Below are positions 36,390 through 44,598 of a stretch of DNA of 64,000 nucleotides, one piece after another (the first letter of the stretch is position 1; every line of letters begins with the position of its first letter). Position numbers and translations under genes: made by a program. The DNA is from a virus: positions 1 to 64,000 of IMG/VR virus record IMGVR_UViG_3300009506_000015; one strand, written 5' to 3'. The notes under the pieces were generated by a model. The model did no database searches, was not told the origin of the DNA, and saw only the letters and a program-made list of their open reading frames with translations.

Positions 36390-36668
36390 CTAACACCACC
36401 TTTCTAGCGCAGCCAGGACATCGTTCTGGTCCACGCTGTCCACGACGTACAAGTCCTGTAGCGCCGTGGCTTCGCTGTTGAACCTCGTGCGCAAGACGCC
36501 CAACTTCCCCTTGCGCCAGTACCGGCAGAACGCGAACGTCGATGTGACGGACGTCACAAACCCGTACTCCACATCCTTGTGGCCGAGGTGTCCGTTGGCG
36601 TGCGTAGGGATGTATGCGACCTGCGTACCCCTGCGCAACTGGTCACTCGTCACGGCCATCTGGTTCAC
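36390..36668 (-). CDS. Hypothetical protein
   Basis: YIPTHA...EYGFVTS...FCRYW. Confidence 0.55.
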   Translation of the reverse strand: MNQMAVTSDQLRRGTQVAYIPTHANGHLGHKDVEYGFVTSVTSTFAFCRYWRKGKLGVLRTRFNSEATALQDLYVVDSVDQNDVLAALERWC

Positions 36669-36924
36669 CCATGAGCACCATCCTGGCGACTACGCGGTCC
36701 CTGATCGCGCAGTCCCCATCAGACGGGCATCGTTTACACAGGTCATGCTTGATACACTTCTCGGCCAGAAGCTCGGCCACCAGCATGGGGCCGTATAGCA
36801 CTTCCAGGGTGTCCAGTATGAGCCGACCCATGTCCTTGGGGACATGGCCGACATATTCGATCAAATCCTCGATCTTCGCCATCTCCCCTGGCTTTATATC
36901 ATTCCTATCGACATTCGTCACCAT
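36643..36924 (-). CDS. Hypothetical protein
   Basis: AGGAGG RBS before MVTNVD. Confidence 0.5.
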   Translation of the reverse strand: MVTNVDRNDIKPGEMAKIEDLIEYVGHVPKDMGRLILDTLEVLYGPMLVAELLAEKCIKHDLCKRCPSDGDCAIRDRVVARMVLMGEPDGRDE

Positions 36925-36931
36925 TACCTCC

Positions 36932-37252
36932 TTAGATTGTGAACTGCCACCATACCTGGCAGCCGTACACCACCGACCCATCGTCCATGACGATCTTAGG
37001 GTTTGCAGTTAACACGGTATGCATCGCGCCTGCCGCTAGTAGCTGGCCGACGCGTTCCGGGCTGGGCAGTTCTTCGGCATCCGTCAGGGACACGATGATC
37101 CCGTCCGGCATGTGGAATATGTGAACTTCCACGTCATCCGCGTAGACGCCCATGCCCAGGTATTTCGTGCCGTCACCCGACCACACTTTCACCCGTGTAC
37201 CCTGCGTAGCCCTGCGTAACTGTGGTTCTTCTTTTGGCACGTAGATTCCCAT
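36932..37252 (-). CDS. Hypothetical protein
   Basis: C-terminal NPKIVMDDG.VVYGCQVWW. Confidence 0.55.
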   Translation of the reverse strand: MGIYVPKEEPQLRRATQGTRVKVWSGDGTKYLGMGVYADDVEVHIFHMPDGIIVSLTDAEELPSPERVGQLLAAGAMHTVLTANPKIVMDDGSVVYGCQVWWQFTI

Positions 37253-37496
37253 TGTCGTCTAATTCCTCCCCTAACATCCTCCCCGTTACTTCGGGTTCTT
37301 CGTTGGTCCCGCTTATCAGTATGTCGAACAGCGTTGGATTGTAGCTCGGGCGAGGGTACGCATTGACGGCCAGACCGTTCTTGAGCCACTCCACGTGTAC
37401 GGAAAACATATCGGTGTATATGTACACTTCTTCGCCCTCGTCCAGCTCGACATCGAGAGCGCCGTCACCGTCCAGCGTGTCCACTTTCATCGACAT
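37173..37496 (-). CDS. Hypothetical acidic protein
   Basis: GGAGG RBS. Confidence 0.45.
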   Translation of the reverse strand: MSMKVDTLDGDGALDVELDEGEEVYIYTDMFSVHVEWLKNGLAVNAYPRPSYNPTLFDILISGTNEEPEVTGRMLGEELDDNGNLRAKRRTTVTQGYAGYTGESVVG

Positions 37497-38232
37497 CCTC
37501 CGCTCGCGGGTCGTCCTGCGTCACCGCCGCTACGACTCCACGGTCTGCGTACTTTTCAGGCACTTCCGTATCGTTCCTGCCTAGCACGTAGACAATGTCC
37601 GTGATCCACGACAGCCCGAACACGCCCTGGTGAAACTCCGTGCGCGTGTACTCCATAAAGTCATCGAGCGTGTCGTCTCTGTCCATGTCCGATACGAACT
37701 TGTAGAACTCTGTGTGCGGGTGCAGCAGGTAGCTGTCATCACCCACCCTGCCAAGAGATTCCGCGTCGCGCCACGGCCTGGTGTCGATCTCCGCTACGTC
37801 AAAGTACCTGTCCACGAACTGCCAGTCGCCAGTGGGTACGGACACGAACCCCTCCACGTGCATCATCAGCACGGGATACGGTGGCGTCAGGCTTGGCACG
37901 CCACTAATTCGTCTGGATACACCTAGACGCCGCGTCTCCTCGATTACGTCCCATACATGGTCGTACCCGAACGACTTACCCCACAGATCGGCTACGCCGT
38001 ACTGTGGCAACCCGGCGAAAGGCCCATTCCCATCGCCGCGTGCTTCCAGTCGCATTGCACGCAATGTCGCGCCTACGTCTATCATTTGGTAAGATTTAGG
38101 ATTCGCTATTCGATCCTCAAACGGCGCTACGAGCGCCGTGAACGGTAGCAACCCGCCGCCTGGGGCCATACGCCCGATTGCGTACAGCCCCTTGCGCGGC
38201 CTACCGCATTTCCGGTTAGGCAACACTATCAT
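37465..38232 (-). CDS. Hypothetical protein
   Basis: 255 aa; GGAGG RBS; RKCG...GLY, LWG...ETRRLGVSRRI. Confidence 0.6.
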   Translation of the reverse strand: MIVLPNRKCGRPRKGLYAIGRMAPGGGLLPFTALVAPFEDRIANPKSYQMIDVGATLRAMRLEARGDGNGPFAGLPQYGVADLWGKSFGYDHVWDVIEETRRLGVSRRISGVPSLTPPYPVLMMHVEGFVSVPTGDWQFVDRYFDVAEIDTRPWRDAESLGRVGDDSYLLHPHTEFYKFVSDMDRDDTLDDFMEYTRTEFHQGVFGLSWITDIVYVLGRNDTEVPEKYADRGVVAAVTQDDPRAEDVDESGHAGR

Positions 38233-38461
38233 GTGGTATCACCTCCCTCCAGTGTGAAACATCTTTGCCCAACTCTTTCGCCCTAGCGACCACCTCGTCC
38301 ATGCTGAATGGCCCAAAGTACGGCTCGCTAGTGTCAGGTCCGGTTAGCGCCCACATCGTGAGGCAGATATCACACCTGCACTCGCAACCATGATCTGCAC
38401 CGGACATAAGGGCTGCATATACGTCGTCGCTGATTCCTAGCAACTTTGCCAATCCTGACAT
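38216..38461 (-). CDS. Small Cys-rich protein
   Basis: AGGAGG RBS directly after promoter; HGCECRCDIC. Confidence 0.55.
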   Translation of the reverse strand: MSGLAKLLGISDDVYAALMSGADHGCECRCDICLTMWALTGPDTSEPYFGPFSMDEVVARAKELGKDVSHWREVIPHDSVA

Positions 38462-38479
38462 GATGCACCTCCTTATGTT

Positions 38480-38508
38480 ATTATAACATTATGGCTAAAA
38501 ACCGTAAA
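38480..38508 (-). promoter_or_regulatory. Conserved phage promoter
   Basis: TTTACG GTTTTTAGCCATAATGT TATAAT. Confidence 0.75.
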
Positions 38509-39048
38509 TCAGATGCCACCGTCATCTGGATCGCTGGTCCACGCCATAAGGACCGCCGCAGCTTCCTGTTCCGCCAGAACGCCAACGCACGTATCGCCCT
38601 CTTCCGGTATCACGAACCTGCCATCCTTTAGGCAGACGACGACTAGGTCTTCCGGTGTGTCGTCGGGCAGTTCTTCGTGCTTGAATGGCTTGAACGCTTC
38701 ACCTACCGTGGAACCGCTGATCCAGCCACCGAACAGCCAGCTCGAGATACGCGGGTACGTCAGTCCAATACCGTGGGCGACTACGAGCAGCCGGTCGTGG
38801 TTCGCCTTGATGTGCGCCGTCTTGCGCACACATTCCTGGCCACATATAGGACACACACTAATAGGACCGTTATAATAGATGCCAACATAACGCTTGGCAG
38901 CGCGAGCGGTCCCCTCGTTGCAGCTAAAGTCTGCCGCGATTTTGGATAGCGGTTCTCGTTCGAGGTAGTCCCGGTGTCGTTCGTACAAGTGTTGTCCGAG
39001 TGATGAGAATCGTTCGCCGCAGAAAGTACACGTTCTAAAATGTCCCAT
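38509..39048 (-). CDS. Protein with two C2H2-like Zn fingers, each followed by an HTH-like segment
   Basis: CTFC...HLYERH and CPIC...HIKANH. Confidence 0.55.
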   Translation of the reverse strand: MGHFRTCTFCGERFSSLGQHLYERHRDYLEREPLSKIAADFSCNEGTARAAKRYVGIYYNGPISVCPICGQECVRKTAHIKANHDRLLVVAHGIGLTYPRISSWLFGGWISGSTVGEAFKPFKHEELPDDTPEDLVVVCLKDGRFVIPEEGDTCVGVLAEQEAAAVLMAWTSDPDDGGI

Positions 39049-39148
39049 AGTTCTCTTACATCCCTTTCGTCCGCCATAAGGTGCAGCTTGCGCCAGGACA
39101 GCACGGTACTGTGCAGCCACGCCTTATATGCTATGATCTCCCCGTCCG

Positions 39149-39526
39149 TTATGGTGTCTTGGTCGATTGCGTCCATACTACCTTGTATTCCTTTTCGTCT
39201 ATGTAAAACTCGCCGTCTACGGTGATTTGCACACACTTGGCCCCTGGGGCATGTGGATACCTGGACCTGTCGGCATAACCGATGATCGGTATCTCTGTCG
39301 GTCTTTTCAGCTTTATGAGCAGCCGAGCCTTGCCCCGACGCCCATGAGCTTCATTGTACGGCCAAGACAAAATGCCCGCCTGTTCCATGCGACGCATAGA
39401 AGCCCAAACCTCTTTGGAGCTTACATACCCTATGCGCATACACACCCACCGAACAGACGGGCATATGTCCGTGTCATTGTCAATGCAGTATTCGATTATC
39501 GCTTCCAGAACTTCCCTGTCGGTCAT
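39149..39526 (-). CDS. LexA-like winged-helix DNA-binding protein lacking the peptidase domain
   Basis: REVLEAI...PSVR.VC..IG..S...V....RRMEQAGIL...KAR...IPIIG; only 125 aa. Confidence 0.65.
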   Translation of the reverse strand: MTDREVLEAIIEYCIDNDTDICPSVRWVCMRIGYVSSKEVWASMRRMEQAGILSWPYNEAHGRRGKARLLIKLKRPTEIPIIGYADRSRYPHAPGAKCVQITVDGEFYIDEKEYKVVWTQSTKTP

Positions 39527-39545
39527 TCATGCTTCCTACAGAATT

Positions 39546-39577
39546 AAAAATGGCTCGGCATATTGCTATGCCGAGCC
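39546..39577 (-). terminator. Intrinsic terminator after the AAA+ ATPase
   Basis: 11-bp stem GGCTCGGCATA/TATGCCGAGCC followed by ATTTTT. Confidence 0.75.
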
Positions 39578-39605
39578 GGTGTTACTAGCCAGGTGACAAA
39601 AAAAC

Positions 39606-41048
39606 CTAGAGCGGGACTCCGGTGGCCTCTTGGAACTTTTCCACGGTCACGAACCGACCGTCCACGACCTTGGCGACCGATTTCTCGAACGCCGTGCTCA
39701 TGGGGTCGTCCACCTCTTCCTTGACGTCGGCCATCAGCTCGTACTGCGGGCGGAGTTCGGTCAGCGCGTCGATGACGTCCTGAACCGTGATGTCCTTGGC
39801 GTCGCGTCCGCCTGAAATGGCGTACATCGACGCCCTCTGCGTGGCGTTGGCGACGAACGCAGCCGGGTACTTGAGCGCGGCCTGGTGCAGACCGTCCTTC
39901 TCGGCTTCCGTCATGTCAGCCACGTTCAGAACGGACGAGTAGACCCCGACGAGTTCTGCGACGCTGTCCCTGTCCAGATCACCGAGCTTGATGATAGCAT
40001 CCACGCGACCGGGCCGGAGCATGGCGCGGTTGATGCGGTTCAGGTGGTTGGTGGTCAAGATGGTCATCACGGCGTCGTTCTTGCCGATGATGCCGTCTGC
40101 GGTGTTCAGGATCTCGTTCACGTGCGTGGTGCGCTCGCTGCCGCTGATCTCGGAGTCGATGTCCTCGAAGAACACGACTGCGGGCTGGAACAGCTTTGCG
40201 AACCGCAGCGACGGCGCGATGCTGTCACCAGGGCGGACGTAGATAAACGTCCAGCCGTATTCTGTGGACAGTTGTGACGCCCGGAGCGCGGTCAGCGTCT
40301 TGCCCGAACCGTAAGGCCCGTACAGGAGCACCGTGCGTTTGACGTTCACGCCCAGCCCACGCAGCGTGTCGCGGTGGGTGATTGGGCTGAACAGGTTGGC
40401 CTCGAGCTGGCGGCGTTCCGCCCGGCTGTAGACCAGGCGGCTGGTGTCCCCAGTCATGTCAAGGAACTCGAACCCGGAGTTGATCGCCTTGCCTGCGAAG
40501 ATGCTGTTGTCCCGCAGGTACGCTTTCCAGGTGTTGTCGATGTCGAGGACGTAGGGTTCGAATTTGCGGCGGTACTTGTACAGCACCCGCACGTACCCTT
40601 GCAGCGGCTCTTCACCGTTGTAGCGGTGACTGACCTCCATGATGAAATCATCCTCGAGGCCGGGGATCACGATGCGGCCTGACACAACGGGCCGCGACTG
40701 GTTGTACCCAGTCGTGATGGTGACCTCGCCGGGCAGGTCGCTGAAGAAGCCACGGATGACGTTGCCGAACACGTTTCCGAACTTTTCGCGCAGCACGACG
40801 TCCAGGGCGTTCAGGCCATCGTCGGGGTAGCACCTGACGACCGACTCCCGCTCGGTGGCGGATTCCATCTTTTTCAGGTATGACTGCAAGGCATTGATGC
40901 CGTCAGCCACGCTTGACATGTGGGCGGGCAGAATAATCTGGTCCCCCTCAAAGATGACCGCCTGTTGCGCCTGGTACTGCTGCACCAGAGCGCGCTCGAG
41001 CGATTCCTTTGCCTTTTGAATAGCAGTTTTCCTCGCTGGTGTTTCCAT
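39606..41048 (-). CDS. Classic-clade AAA+ ATPase (no protease domain seen)
   Basis: LLYGPYGSGKT, FFEDID, TTN, AMLRPGRVD second region of homology; start moved to ATG 41048 (GGAGG RBS). Confidence 0.88.
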   Translation of the reverse strand: METPARKTAIQKAKESLERALVQQYQAQQAVIFEGDQIILPAHMSSVADGINALQSYLKKMESATERESVVRCYPDDGLNALDVVLREKFGNVFGNVIRGFFSDLPGEVTITTGYNQSRPVVSGRIVIPGLEDDFIMEVSHRYNGEEPLQGYVRVLYKYRRKFEPYVLDIDNTWKAYLRDNSIFAGKAINSGFEFLDMTGDTSRLVYSRAERRQLEANLFSPITHRDTLRGLGVNVKRTVLLYGPYGSGKTLTALRASQLSTEYGWTFIYVRPGDSIAPSLRFAKLFQPAVVFFEDIDSEISGSERTTHVNEILNTADGIIGKNDAVMTILTTNHLNRINRAMLRPGRVDAIIKLGDLDRDSVAELVGVYSSVLNVADMTEAEKDGLHQAALKYPAAFVANATQRASMYAISGGRDAKDITVQDVIDALTELRPQYELMADVKEEVDDPMSTAFEKSVAKVVDGRFVTVEKFQEATGVPL

Positions 41049-41100
41049 ATTTGCCTCCCTTTTTAATGTGCGCGTTAGGGTACATGTACCCCCGCATATT

Positions 41101-41129
41101 ATTATAACATTTCGGGCTAAAAGTGTAAA
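41101..41129 (-). promoter_or_regulatory. Conserved phage promoter for the AAA+ ATPase
   Basis: TTTACA CTTTTAGCCCGAAATGT TATAAT. Confidence 0.8.
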
Positions 41130-41154
41130 TTCCTGGCACCCAAAAAATTTGAGG

Positions 41155-41183
41155 TTGACAAATAGAATGATGGCGGTTATAAT
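41155..41183 (+). promoter_or_regulatory. Consensus sigma70 promoter, probably leaderless transcript
   Basis: TTGACA-17-TATAAT; ATG at 41190 with no RBS. Confidence 0.8.
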
Positions 41184-41189
41184 GGACGC

Positions 41190-41492
41190 ATGAGGTATGC
41201 ACACAAGGTGGACGATAATCAGGGAGACCTCATTCAAGTAGCCAGGTCTATAGGTGCAGCCGTACAACCGCTATCTATGGTCGGTGGCGGCTGTCCAGAC
41301 GTCCTAGTAGCGTTCCGTGGGCTGTGGTACGTCGCGGAGATTAAGGACGGTAACAAACCGCCGTCGCGCAGAAAGCTGACAAAGCGCGAACGCGAGTGGC
41401 ATGACGTGTTCGGTGCTGTAGCGCCGGTACATATCTGGGAGACGAGGGAAGATGTATTCAGGACGTTGGGTGTTGTAGATGAAATGGGATGA
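41190..41492 (+). CDS. VRR-NUC-like PD-(D/E)xK nuclease / Holliday junction resolvase
   Basis: KVDDNQ, GCPDVLV, AEIKDG, LT..E..WH. Confidence 0.75.
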   Translation: MRYAHKVDDNQGDLIQVARSIGAAVQPLSMVGGGCPDVLVAFRGLWYVAEIKDGNKPPSRRKLTKREREWHDVFGAVAPVHIWETREDVFRTLGVVDEMG

Positions 41493-42264
41493 CTGGCACG
41501 ACGTCCCTCAGGACGTCGTAGAGAAGACGAAGACTCTAAAGACATATCAGAAATTGGCGTATACCTACTGCAACAAGAATGGTATGCGCTACGAAGACAT
41601 GACAGACGACGACTGGCGTCAGGTATACTACGAACGGTCCGTCAGTCGCAACAAATACTACCGCAAGCACGAACTATTGAAAATGGCCGAGGAGTCCGTT
41701 GGCGAAGAACTGCCGCCAGCTCCAGACCATGCCAGGCTCGTGACCGTCGATCAATACCTATCCTACTATTCCGACCCCGCCCCTAACGACATCGAAGCTA
41801 TCAAGCAGCTCGTGTCCATGCAGAACCAACTGGTGATCATAGATGAACGCATACAGGCGGAACTCGAAGCGGAAGAACTGTCCACTAAGCGGTGGGGCGA
41901 CCTGGCCAAGATACAGAAAGAACTATCAGCAGAGACCAGGCTCTTGCAGGACAACCTTGGCATATCGCGGAAGCTGCGCGATTCCCGCAAGGAACAGGAA
42001 GAACTGGCAGACTACTTGCAGGAGAACATCAAGCAGGCGCGTGAGCTGCTACAGGACTACGGGTTTGAGATCGTCTGCCCTCATTGTCTGGCCAAGGGCA
42101 CGAAGATACTGGCGGGTAGGGGATATCACCACTTTCCAGAAATGGGACTTACTATCAAGACGCGGTGCCACGCTTGCCAGCAGGAATACGAGATCGTGAG
42201 GCAGCCGACCGTGTGGCACAGGGAGATCAAGAAGAATGGCGCTACAAGAACGAATCCCAGTTGA
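41479..42264 (+). CDS. Probable terminase small subunit
   Basis: Helical, LGISRK.R motif, Zn ribbon; directly upstream of TerL. Confidence 0.5.
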   Translation: MKWDDWHDVPQDVVEKTKTLKTYQKLAYTYCNKNGMRYEDMTDDDWRQVYYERSVSRNKYYRKHELLKMAEESVGEELPPAPDHARLVTVDQYLSYYSDPAPNDIEAIKQLVSMQNQLVIIDERIQAELEAEELSTKRWGDLAKIQKELSAETRLLQDNLGISRKLRDSRKEQEELADYLQENIKQARELLQDYGFEIVCPHCLAKGTKILAGRGYHHFPEMGLTIKTRCHACQQEYEIVRQPTVWHREIKKNGATRTNPS

Positions 42265-43909
42265 CGACCTCGCCCTGGGCCTGGTACTGATAGACCCGCT
42301 GCTGATTATGCTGCGCTTCTGGGAAGGCGACATGACCATGCCAGACGGGTCGCAGGAGATCAGCCTTGAACAGCGGTCGTTCCTGTGCGACGAGTCCGAC
42401 AGGGTACTACTGTGTTCCGGCAGACAGATTGGCAAGACGCTATCCCTGGAGCGCGATATCATCCAGATAGGCATCACGCACGAACGCATAGGCACGCTGG
42501 ACGAAGGTATCTTCTTCACGCCAGGACAGGCGCAGATGGACCCCGTGCGCGACCGCATATTCTCCAAGATTGTCCGTGAGCCTCTGTTCTACGAAATGAT
42601 AGAACGCTCGACTCGCGGCACGGCCATGCTATCCAAGGGCGATGGCTACATCCAGTTCAAGACGGGGTACAAGTGGCAACTGCGTATCGAGGGCACGTCA
42701 GGCACAGACACGAACATGGTCGGTCTGCGCAACAGGTTCATCATCGGTGACGAAATGGCGTTCGGTAATGAACTGTGCCACAGGTCCAGGGTGAACTCGG
42801 CGCAGCCGGGCTGCAAGTGGAAGTATTGCGGCGTGCCAAACGGCGTGCGCGGCACTCCTTTCTGGAAGCTGGACCAGACAGAAGCAGGTTCCGCGTGGTC
42901 CAGGCACAAATACCCGCAGTTCGCCAACCCGATCTTTGCTTCAGAATCCGAACGCAAGCGGCTGATCACCGACCATGGCGGCGAACACACTCATAGCTAC
43001 ATCACCCAGGTGCTAGGCATGTGGGGCGACGAAGTGATGTCGTCTTTCCCGCCTGGGACTATCGCCACGTACAGCAGCGGCCAGTATAGCTACCACCTGC
43101 ACGAATGGACAAAGTCGATGGGCACGAGGGCCACATACAGGGCCGAACACCTGGATTCGCTGGTGAAACAGCTCGGGGAAGAAGGCCAGGACAGGTGCGT
43201 GATAGGGTGGGACTACGGTATGTCGCCGGACCCCTGCGCTATATCTCTGTTCTTCGAACACCAGCCCGGAGTGTGGTATCTGCGCGTGATGTACGTTATG
43301 TACGGTATCCCGTTCCCGCACCAATGTGAATTTTTGAACCAGCTCGAGGACAGGTTTAACGTTGCGTTCTTATGTACTGATGAGGCCCTTGGAGTCCAGC
43401 AATTATCATACGACGCTCGCTGGACTCCGTATAGCGAAGAGGAGGTAACAGGCAACATCCAGTGGGCAAACCTAAACGGCAGGATCGAACTGCTTGACGG
43501 TCTAGGTATGCCCGTACTGGACGAGCTTGGAAACACCATTAAAGAACAACGCAAGAAGTGGTCCACCGACGAACTGCGCAATGCGATGATCCACGCTCGC
43601 GAGAACCTCACATATCCTTACAAGATATGGCTTCCAGAAGAAGACAAGTATCTTCTGGACGAGCTTATGGGCACGACGGAACACAAGACCGCCGGGGGGT
43701 ACACGCAGTACCTCACCGCCAAGAAGACCGAAGGCAGCAAGTCCCCTGACGACCACAGGACTGACGCCTGTAGATACGCCGTGCTAGGCATGTACAGCCT
43801 GTTGGGTAGCAAGTACGTCGAGCGGCGTCGTCCGTTCAGCGAATACCGCTCCCACATGGGCTGGTCCAGGGGCGGTTCCAAGAACTGGAAGGCTCCCTGG
43901 GGCAAGTAG
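42236..43909 (+). CDS. terL: Terminase large subunit
   Basis: SGRQIGKT, IIGDEMA, GVPNG, IGWDYG, DDHRTDACRYA. Confidence 0.88.
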   Translation: MALQERIPVDDLALGLVLIDPLLIMLRFWEGDMTMPDGSQEISLEQRSFLCDESDRVLLCSGRQIGKTLSLERDIIQIGITHERIGTLDEGIFFTPGQAQMDPVRDRIFSKIVREPLFYEMIERSTRGTAMLSKGDGYIQFKTGYKWQLRIEGTSGTDTNMVGLRNRFIIGDEMAFGNELCHRSRVNSAQPGCKWKYCGVPNGVRGTPFWKLDQTEAGSAWSRHKYPQFANPIFASESERKRLITDHGGEHTHSYITQVLGMWGDEVMSSFPPGTIATYSSGQYSYHLHEWTKSMGTRATYRAEHLDSLVKQLGEEGQDRCVIGWDYGMSPDPCAISLFFEHQPGVWYLRVMYVMYGIPFPHQCEFLNQLEDRFNVAFLCTDEALGVQQLSYDARWTPYSEEEVTGNIQWANLNGRIELLDGLGMPVLDELGNTIKEQRKKWSTDELRNAMIHARENLTYPYKIWLPEEDKYLLDELMGTTEHKTAGGYTQYLTAKKTEGSKSPDDHRTDACRYAVLGMYSLLGSKYVERRRPFSEYRSHMGWSRGGSKNWKAPWGK

Positions 43910-43910
43910 A

Positions 43911-44234
43911 TTACCTAGACAGCTCTATGGCCCACCACTGTTTGGCTATCGTCATGGATAGGTATTGGTCGTCCTCTGGCAGCAGCAGAAACATGTCCCT
44001 GAGCCGCTCGCAGTATGATTTGTGGTCAAAGTCCACCCATTCACATAGCCACTGGCACCATTCGGATTCTGCAAAGGTTATCACCTGAGAAACCGAGTTG
44101 GCGTCGAATGTCTCTCGCCTGTTAAGGTAAGATTCCATCACGTATACGTAGTGGTACAAGATGCCGAACGCGAGTTGTCGCCACGGTTCAGTCGGCAACT
44201 CGTTTTCTCCGCTCGAATAACCCTGCATCTTCAC
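43911..44234 (-). CDS. Hypothetical protein
   Basis: Antisense ORF filling the gap between terL and HNH. Confidence 0.5.
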   Translation of the reverse strand: MKMQGYSSGENELPTEPWRQLAFGILYHYVYVMESYLNRRETFDANSVSQVITFAESEWCQWLCEWVDFDHKSYCERLRDMFLLLPEDDQYLSMTIAKQWWAIELSR

Positions 44235-44472
44235 GACTCATTAAACCCCGTGATATCTGTATCTCTATTACGTCATACTTTGGTATCTGACCGTTATGTA
44301 CCTTGGAATGACAGTTGCTACATAACGATATGATCGCTTTCGGGTCGTCATTCATGCGCCCGAACATGTGGTGCGGGTCCGTAGCGTCTTTTGTGACGCC
44401 GCACGCGTGTAGATGGTACTGACATACGAACCGATCTCTTTGTAGTGCTACCCAGCTCGCGTCGGTCCTCAT
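44188..44472 (-). CDS. HNH endonuclease
   Basis: RDRFVCQ...CG...DPHH...LCSNCH.KVH; GGAGG RBS. Confidence 0.8.
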   Translation of the reverse strand: MRTDASWVALQRDRFVCQYHLHACGVTKDATDPHHMFGRMNDDPKAIISLCSNCHSKVHNGQIPKYDVIEIQISRGLMSREDAGLFERRKRVAD

Positions 44473-44491
44473 ATCTGCCTCCGTGTATACC

Positions 44492-44520
44492 ATTATAACA
44501 TTTTTGGCAAGAACTGTAAA
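44492..44520 (-). promoter_or_regulatory. Conserved phage promoter for HNH
   Basis: TTTACA GTTCTTGCCAAAAATGT TATAAT. Confidence 0.8.
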
Positions 44521-44531
44521 TCCATAAACCG

Positions 44532-44560
44532 TTGACAAGTTGGCTGGCGTGTGGTATACT
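44532..44560 (+). promoter_or_regulatory. Sigma70-type promoter for the portal operon
   Basis: TTGACA-17-TATACT with TG extension. Confidence 0.75.
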
Positions 44561-44598
44561 TGCAGTACAGTATTATCACACACATGTACAGGAGTAAT

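Noticed and set aside
38781-39236. 151-aa ORF overlapping the Zn-finger gene
   Set aside because: About 270 nt of overlap with a better-supported ORF; only its first part may be real and I cannot resolve it
7620-41000. Many plus-strand ORFs in the minus-strand arm, and minus-strand ORFs in the structural arms
   Set aside because: They are antisense shadows of GC-rich genes with no RBS or motifs
39606-41267. 553-aa version of the AAA ORF and 783-aa version of the portal ORF from the track
   Set aside because: The N-terminal extensions run through promoter sequences; internal ATGs (41048, 44599) have good RBSs
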